From Patescibacteria group bacterium (GTDB lineage: Bacteria; Patescibacteriota; WWE3; UBA101185; UBA10185): a DNA stretch of 64,000 nt. Shown here piece by piece: positions 57,024-64,000 of this stretch; the stretch's first letter is position 1, and the number at the start of each line of letters is the position of its first letter. Location: the NCBI GenBank assembly GCA_026004595.1, contig BPJL01000002.1, forward strand, positions 1,431 to 65,430, in the 5' to 3' direction. The notes beneath the pieces are model-generated. The model saw nothing but the letters and a program-made list of their open reading frames with translations, made no database searches and was not told the DNA's origin. A program made the translations under genes and the position numbers.

Positions 57024-59574
57024 ATGTTTAAGTTTTTCGGCGATCCTAACGAGAAACAACTGAATAGGATTAGACCCATTGTTGCGGAGATCAATTCCTT
57101 GGAGGATTCTGTCCAAAAACTTTCTCAAGAAAAGATGAGAGAGAGAGTATTGGAGTGGAAGGCACAGCTTAGAGGTCTTGATTATGAAGAGCAAGAAAAG
57201 CTGATGAGAAAAAATCCTTCCCGAGGCCTTTGCCTTTGTCCGTGAGGCATCGGTTAGAACATTGGAAAAGAGGCACTTTGATGTGCAGTTAATGGCAGGT
57301 GTCGTTTTTACACGAGGGAAAAATTTCGGAACAGAAAACTGGAGAAGGAAAAACTTTGACCGCGACCCTACCTCTTTTTCTAAACTCCTTGACTGGGCGC
57401 GGGGTTCATTTGGTAACTCCCAATGATTATCTTGCACGCCACGGTGCTGGTTGGATGGGACCTATTTATGACTACCTTGATATAAGTGTTGGAGTAATTA
57501 TGCAAGAGAGGGCGTTTGTGTATGATAGTACATTCAAAGGAACTGAGTTTGAAGATATTTATGCTATTCATTTGAAAGAGGTTTCAAGGCAGGAAGCTTA
57601 TAAATGCGATGTTGTTTACGGAACTAATCATGAATTTTGGGTTTGACTACCTTCGGGATAACATGGTGTACAACCTTGAAGCTATGGTGCAGACAAATCC
57701 AAATGGAGAGTTTGGGGTTCATAATTTTGCGATAGTTGATGAAGTTGACTCTATATTAATAGATGTTGCTAGAACCCCCCCTTATTATTTCTTCTGCTGA
57801 TGCTAAACCATCTTCACGGTATTATGATGCTGATCGCATTGTTAAAACTCTCGCCAAGGGTATTGACTACGAAGTTGAAGAAAAATTCAGAAACGTCACT
57901 TTAACAGATTTAGGAATAAGACGAGTTGAGAGGCTTTTGGGGGTTGAGAATCTATACGAACAGGATTTTGAAATGGTCCATTTGATAGAAGAGGCTCTCA
58001 CAGCTCATGCTTTATATGAAAAAGATAGAGATTATGTGGTGAAAGACGGAAAGGTAATTATAGTTGATCAATTCACAGGAAGACTTCTGCCAAACAACAG
58101 GTTTTCCCACGGATTACACCAGGCTATTGAGGCAAAAGAAGGTGTAGAGATTCAACAAGAATCCAAAACTTTAGCTGAAATTTCCTATCAAAATTATTTT
58201 AGAATGTACAAGAAACTGGCGGGCATGACAGGTACGGCAGCTACCGAAGCTGAAGAGTTTTACAAAATCTATAAGCTGGAGGTTGTAGTTATCCCAACCA
58301 ACAAGCCGAATATAAGAAAAGATCATAACGATGTGATTTACAAAACGGAAAGCGCGAAGTTTAAGGCTGTAGCTGATGATATTGCTGAGAGGCATGCTAG
58401 GGGCCAGCCAGTTCTTGTTGGAACAACTTCTGTGGAGAAAAGTGAACAATTGCACGCACTGTTGGTAAGAAGGAAGATACCCCACGAAGTATTAAATGCA
58501 AAAAACCACGAAAAGGAAGCTTTGATAATAGCTCAAGCAGGGAGAAAAGGTGCTGTGACAATTTCAACAAACATGGCTGGACGAGGGGTCGATATTGTTT
58601 TGGGTGGAGATCCTCCAGACGAAGAGCAGCAGAAAGAAGTGTTGGAAAAAGGCGGATTGTATGTTATAGGCACCGAACGCCACGAGTCGAGGAGAATAGA
58701 TAATCAGTTGAGAGGTCGGGCAGGAAGGCAGGGGGATCCTGGCGAAACCAGATTTTATGTCTCATTGCAGGACGATCTAATGAGAGTTTTCGGTGGCGAA
58801 CAGGTGAGCAGGCTGATGGATCGCTTTGGTATCGATGAGACTATTCCACTTGAGGCCGGACTTGTTACCAGATCAATTGAAAGTGCCCAGAAAAAAGTTG
58901 AAGGCTTTAACTTTGACAGAAGGAAAAATGTTGTGGAAATGGACGACGTTATTAACGTTCATCGCGAGGTTATTTACAAACTGAGAAGAAGAATTTTGGA
59001 ATTAGGAGCGGGGATCACGACCAATAAAGAATGGATAATTGGCAAATTATCTTCAATGTCAGTATTGAGCTCGGAGTTGTGGGAGCAAAAAGAAAGAGAA
59101 TTTGGGGAGGAAACTTGGTATAAGATCGTTTCGGATTGGAGCCTTAGGGTGATAGATAATTTCTGGATGGATCACCTGGTTGATATGGATCAAGTTCGGG
59201 AAGGAATAGGTTTAAGGGGCTATGCTCAGAGAGATCCAATGGTTGAATACAAAAAGGAAGGGCACGAGAGATTTGAAATTTTGTTGGCAAGAATTTATTC
59301 AACAATAGGTGAGCGCCTTGAAAAGGCAACGACAGATTCTGTAGTAAGAGTATCTCCTTCAGAGAGCCAGCTTTTGGCCAGAGCAAACTACCTTCACGGT
59401 GATTTTGAAAGCGGTGTCAGAGACGAGATGGGTCAGGCTTCTCCTCGTTTTGTTGATCCTTTGGGAAGAGTTGTTAAAGTTCAAGCTGTAACTTCCGGCA
59501 AAGAAAAAGTGGGAAGAAACGACCCGTGCCCATGTGGTAGCGGGAAGAAGTATAAGAATTGCCATGGAAGATAA
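57024..59574 (+). CDS. secA: Preprotein translocase ATPase SecA, interrupted by four +1 homopolymer frameshifts in its first ~760 nt
   Basis: Pieces at 57024, 57299, 57609 and 57763 align consecutively to SecA ([58 protein letters not shown]-terminal [14 protein letters not shown] zinc finger). Shifts lie in A6 (57209-14), T5 (57305-09), T4 (57635-38) and C7 (57775-81). TGCTATAAT sits 10 nt upstream of the ATG. Confidence 0.85.
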
Positions 59575-59586
59575 ATTATAGTGCTT

Positions 59587-61053
59587 TTACTGCTCACCTG
59601 CGGCCAAAGTATTATTGAGTGTAACTAATGCATTTAGTGCGTTCGGGTCGCCTGGATTTAGCTCAAGAGTTTTTTCCCACATTTCTTTTGCTGTGGCATA
59701 ATCCTTTTTATAGAAAGCTATTACCCCCAATTTGTAAGTTGCTCCATAGAGACGTGGGTTCATTTTGTATGATTCGTAAAGGTAGTACCACGCGTTGTCA
59801 TAGTCTCCTTTCTGAAGGTAAACGAATCCAAGGTTGTGTACCGCGTCGGCGAAGGATGGGTCAAGTGCTATTGATTTTTTGAAGTTTTCAATTGCCAGAT
59901 CGTACTTTCCTTCCTTTGCGTAAACGTCGCCGAGGTTGTTATACACTCCTAAAGCTGTAAGGAGAAACCTTTTGAGTGGCATGCCAAAGATTGCTGGTGT
60001 TTAGAAGGTCTTGGGTTCTTATAAGCTGTTCTGACTGTGTAGAACGTTAGAAGCAGGGGCAACTGCATAACGGGAGAAATATTTGATGCCGGTATATTTT
60101 TCCAAATATGGAATTAAAAAAGCCAAGATTAAGCAGGAATGCGGCCGTTGACATATACAGATATCTTTCAGCGATGAACCAAGCTATTGCAACCGGGCTG
60201 AATGAAGGCAAGGTCGCTATAAAAATTAGTAACAGCAATCCTGCTACATAACTCGCCTTTTTGTAAAGTTTTACGGCTGATATAATGATAGCCAAAGATA
60301 TCGCAATCATTGCTATGTAGGATACAATACTAATGTAACACACCTTCGTGGTACACAGTAAGGGGTATGGGCCACAGCAGAAGTTTCGCTATAGTGTAGA
60401 TTATGTAGGGGGAGCGGTTTAGGATCGGTTGTCGCAGTGTATATGGATCGTAGTAATAGTCTTGTCTGAGTGCTGTAACTCTTTCTTTAAAACCTCCAAA
60501 AATTTCTCTATAACCAAATATTGCAGCTATAATAAAGAATGGGATAAGCCAAAGTCCGCTTTTGAAATTAAACTTTTTTCCCAGGATAAGCTGGTCGAAT
60601 ACTAAAATTGAAAAAGGTACCGTCAAAACCCAAGCGTTCCTTAATAAGATTTACCATTAGCAAAAAAATCCCAATTTCTGCTGCGTAGTAAGATTTTTTA
60701 TTTGTTCTCTTAAACAAGGTGTGGAATATAAATATGTTGAGTGTGAAGAAAAGCAGATGGATTGTAATGAACTGCCGAAATCCAGCCCACTGCCTCGCTC
60801 GCCAAAGGATGTGAAGCAAACAACAGGCTTGCTATAAGTGCTTTTTCCTTTCCGAACACGGTGTATGTGAAGATGAATAGAGTGGACTACAGTAAGGAAA
60901 TGGAGAAAGACCGATACCAAATGAAAAGCACCGGGTTTTCATACCAAATAAAAGATGGGTAGTTGCTATTTGCATGTCGTACAATTTTAGGCTGCTAAAC
61001 ATTTTTTCCCACGTTTCCAATGTCAGGGTTGTATAAGATTCCTTTTTCATCAT
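59587..61053 (-). pseudogene. Polytopic membrane protein with a C-terminal TPR domain (O-antigen-ligase/GT-C-like architecture), fragmented across six or more frames
   Basis: TPR repeats in 59587-59982. Upstream hydrophobic ORF fragments at 60047-61053 in alternating frames. Confidence 0.35.
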
Positions 61054-61263
61054 CCATGTTCAAAAATTGGCCCCGCGCTAGATTTCCATATGCTAAAGCA
61101 ACGATCGCAAACAAGATGAAAAATGTCAGATAATTATTTTTGGTGATTTTGAAAAATGTCTCTTAGTGATGTAACTTCTTTATGAGAAGCGTTTTCCAAT
61201 ACCCAGATATTATATACAGATATTAAAAATTAATGGGAATAAAAAGGAATATTTACGAAATAG

Positions 61264-61810
61264 TTGAATCTTTTGTTACAATCTCTTTTGGTTGTCCTTA
61301 TTTTGTACATGACGATAGGATCTGTGGAGGTTGTTTGGGGAGCAAGCATGGAGCCAAATTTTAAGTCCGGTGAAAGAATTCTTGTGGATAAAATTACAAA
61401 GAGTTTTAAGGACTATCAAAGGGGCGAGGTGGTGGGTGTTAGTTCCGCCTACGGAAACATCAAGACACTATATAAAGAGAATTATCGGTTTGCCCGGTGA
61501 CATAATGAAGGTGTTTGAATGCAAAATTTATATCTATCGTGATGGAAAGCAATTCGTTCTTGATGAGGATTATCTAGAACCTCGAGATTGTACAGAAGGT
61601 GGCTCTCAATTTTTGGAGGAGGGGCGTTCCCTAAAGATTCCTGAAGGGCATTATGTGGTTATGGGTGACAACAGAAGTAACTCTTTGGACTCCAGATTTT
61701 TTGGATTGGTTGATAGGTCAGAGATAGTTGGGGAGGGTTGTATTCCGTTTCTGGCCTCCGAACAAAGCGGGATTTATAAATTAGATGTTGACAACAATTT
61801 GACTATATGA
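61264..61810 (+). CDS. lepB: Signal peptidase I (bacterial S26A, LepB), split by one frameshift at a GGG run (61434-61436)
   Basis: N-terminal TM. SMEPNF serine box, KRIIGLPGD lysine box, VMGDNRSNSLDSR box E. Removing one G gives ...RGEVVVLVPPTETSRHYIKRIIGLPGD. Confidence 0.7.
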
Positions 61811-62001
61811 TAGTTTTCGCCTTGTTTAAAAGCATTTCCAATATTTTTTGAAAATAGACTAAAATGGTCAGTTTTCTGTTGGAAAAGGCAATTTCCCTGT
61901 CAGGAAGAATATGGCCGCTTCTGCGGGAATAGCGGGTAAAATTCATAAAATGTCGTTTTTTGTAGTAAATTATCTTTGCGGCCATTTTAGGGGAAAACCT
62001 A

Positions 62002-64000
62002 ATGAGAGAAACTTTTTCTAAACGTAAAATAGCTCTAAATTTACCAAACTTAGCTGATATTCAATTAAATTCGTACAACTGGCTCAAAACTGAGGGACTA
62101 AAAGAGATACTTGAGGAATTGGGCACAGTAAGAGGATAGTTCGGGAAGGAGGGTGGGTGGTCACACTTTCTGATCCGCAGATTGACAAAGAGAATATATC
62201 CATTCAGGAAGCTAAAAGAACGGGAAGAACTTATGATGCTCCTTGGTATGGTGAAGGCAACGATAGAAGATCCCATAACAAAAAATAAGAAAACAGCCAA
62301 TATTTATATGGGCGATTTGCCTCTTATGACAGAGAGGGAACCTTTATTATAAGCGGTGTTGAGAGGACTATTGTTAATCAGCTCATAAGGGCGGAAGGTG
62401 TTCTCTTACGGGAGAGACCTCTCCAATTACAGGCCAGTTTCTTGCAGGAGCTAAGATACTGCCCAAAAGCGGAGTTTGGCTTGAGTTTGAAACCTCCAGA
62501 AACGGAGTTCTCAGCGTAAGGATAGATAGAAAAAGAAAAATCTCTGCGACGACCTTATTGAGAGTGTTCGGACTCGAAGAAGACGAAGATATAAGGAAGG
62601 CATTTGAGAGTGTTGAGACGAACCCCGAAATAAATTACACAAATGAAACCCTGGCAAAAGATCCTGCCGCAAGTTTCGAGGAGGCTTGTTTGGAAATATA
62701 TAGAAAAATGAGGCCCGGGGAGCCGCTCGTGCTGGAAAACGCCAAGGCGCTTGTGAATGCAATGTTTTTCAACAAGAGAAGGTTCAGTATGGGGCCATGT
62801 CGGAAGATTTAAGCTGAATAAATCTCTCGGATTGAATATCCCCAATGATCCTGACCACAGGCTTTTAACCTTGGAGGATTTAATAAAGATAGTTTCAAAA
62901 ATAATAGAGCTCAATAATGAGTCGGGGTGCCGGATGATGTGGACTTTTTGGGTAATAGAAGAGTCAAAAGTGTAGGTGAGTTGCTCCAGTGGCAAATGAG
63001 GATAGGTTTTTTGAGAATGGAGAAGAACATTAAAGAAAGGATGTCTCTTTCTCCGAGAGACATATTGCCCGATCCTTCTGTTTTGATTTCTCCCCGAGCT
63101 ATAGCAGCCGCTGTCCACAGCTTTTTTGCCACCGGGCAATTATCACAGCTTCACGATCAACAAAAATCCGCTAACCGCCCTTGACCATTTGCGAAGACTC
63201 TCGGTTTTGGGTCCGGGTGGTTTAACTAAGGAAAGGGCCAGCTTTTCAGTTAGAGATGTTCATTACAGTTCATTTGGTCGAGTTTGTCCAGTCAGAACGC
63301 CGGAAGGTCCAAATATCGGTCTTATAAATTATCTTGCCTCCTATGCAAAAGTTAATGAATATGGGTTTTTGGAAACCCCATATATAAAACTAGAGAAAAC
63401 TCCTAATGGTGAGGTCAGACTTACGGACCAAATTGTTTACCTTGCCGCTTACGACGAGGAAGATGTACATATTACCGACCAGTCTGTTAGCATAAATGGA
63501 AGAGGGAATAATAATCGACAAACAGGTTCCGTTAAGAAAGGCCGGTAACTTCTTTTTAGGGGATGTATCCTTGGCGCAATACATTGAGGTTGTTCCGAGA
63601 CAGGTTGTGGGTATTGCCGCCGGTCTTATACCTTTTTTGCAAAATAATGATATAGCGCGCGCTTTGATGGGAACTCAGCAAATGTCTCAAGCAGTTCCCC
63701 TGGTTAAGCCCGAGAAGCCTATTGTCGGAACAGGAATAGAGAAAGATATAGCTTACAATACCAACGCTCTCATCGTAGCAGAGGACGATGGATTTGTTGA
63801 ATTTGCTGATGCTACAAAAGTGGTGGTTAATTATGGCAAGGGCGGAAGAAATCAAAAGTTGAGTATAAGGCAGCGAAATTTGAACAAACAAACAGCGACA
63901 CTTGTTTTAATCAATATGTAGTTGTTGAAACAGGGCAAAAAGTCAAGAAGGGGCGATGTTCTTGTGGAAGGCCCCGCCGTCAATGAAGGTGAGCTCGCCA
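62002..64000 (+). CDS. rpoB: DNA-directed RNA polymerase subunit beta, N-terminal ~660 codons, runs off the window end; heavily frameshifted
   Basis: [28 protein letters not shown] at the N-terminus. Later pieces in shifting frames match rpoB ([69 protein letters not shown]). Confidence 0.8.

Noticed and set aside
1-64000. Alternative genetic code (UGA as Gly, code 25) as an explanation for the broken genes
   Set aside because: Disruptions are frame changes at homopolymers, not in-frame UGA codons. Several genes end in TGA, and prfB (RF2) is present.

Overview
This 64-kb window is a low-GC, gene-dense chromosomal segment from a streamlined monoderm-like bacterium. Synteny is Firmicutes/CPR-like (recA-recX-rny-ymdB-hup; nusA-infB-rpsO-pnp; infA-rpmJ-rpsM-rpsK-rpsD-rpoA-rplQ-rplM-rpsI). 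The standard genetic code is supported by TGA stops and the presence of RF2. Mostly core housekeeping genes: lysS, greA, pepF, secDF, recJ, aspS, gltX, recA, nusA, infB, pnp, rnj, ftsK, prfB, serS, secA, lepB, rpoB and ribosomal proteins, plus one tRNA-Glu(CUC). Three accessory modules stand out. (1) A 1695-aa secreted giant protein has an acidic linker, Myxococcus-type cysteine-rich repeats and a complete LPATG sortase signal that sits internally, not at the C-terminus. It is immediately followed by a sortase and a DUF3048 membrane protein. (2) A minus-strand operon runs radC, TasA/camelysin-like protein, archaeal/ER-type SipW signal peptidase, then an unusual membrane-anchored ClpB-like double-AAA+ ATPase. 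(3) A stand-alone Lon-like AAA+ module with no protease domain is coupled to a zinc-ribbon membrane protein. Many genes appear to be leaderless, with an extended -10 (TGnTAnAAT) 7-8 nt upstream of the ATG. The last ~8 kb (56.4-64 kb) carries a far higher density of homopolymer frameshifts than the rest, breaking essential genes (uppP, secA, lepB, rpoB). Isolated homopolymer frameshifts also occur near 0.6 kb and 3.7 kb. These look like sequence-quality artefacts rather than pseudogenisation. No CRISPR array, transposase or integrase was seen.
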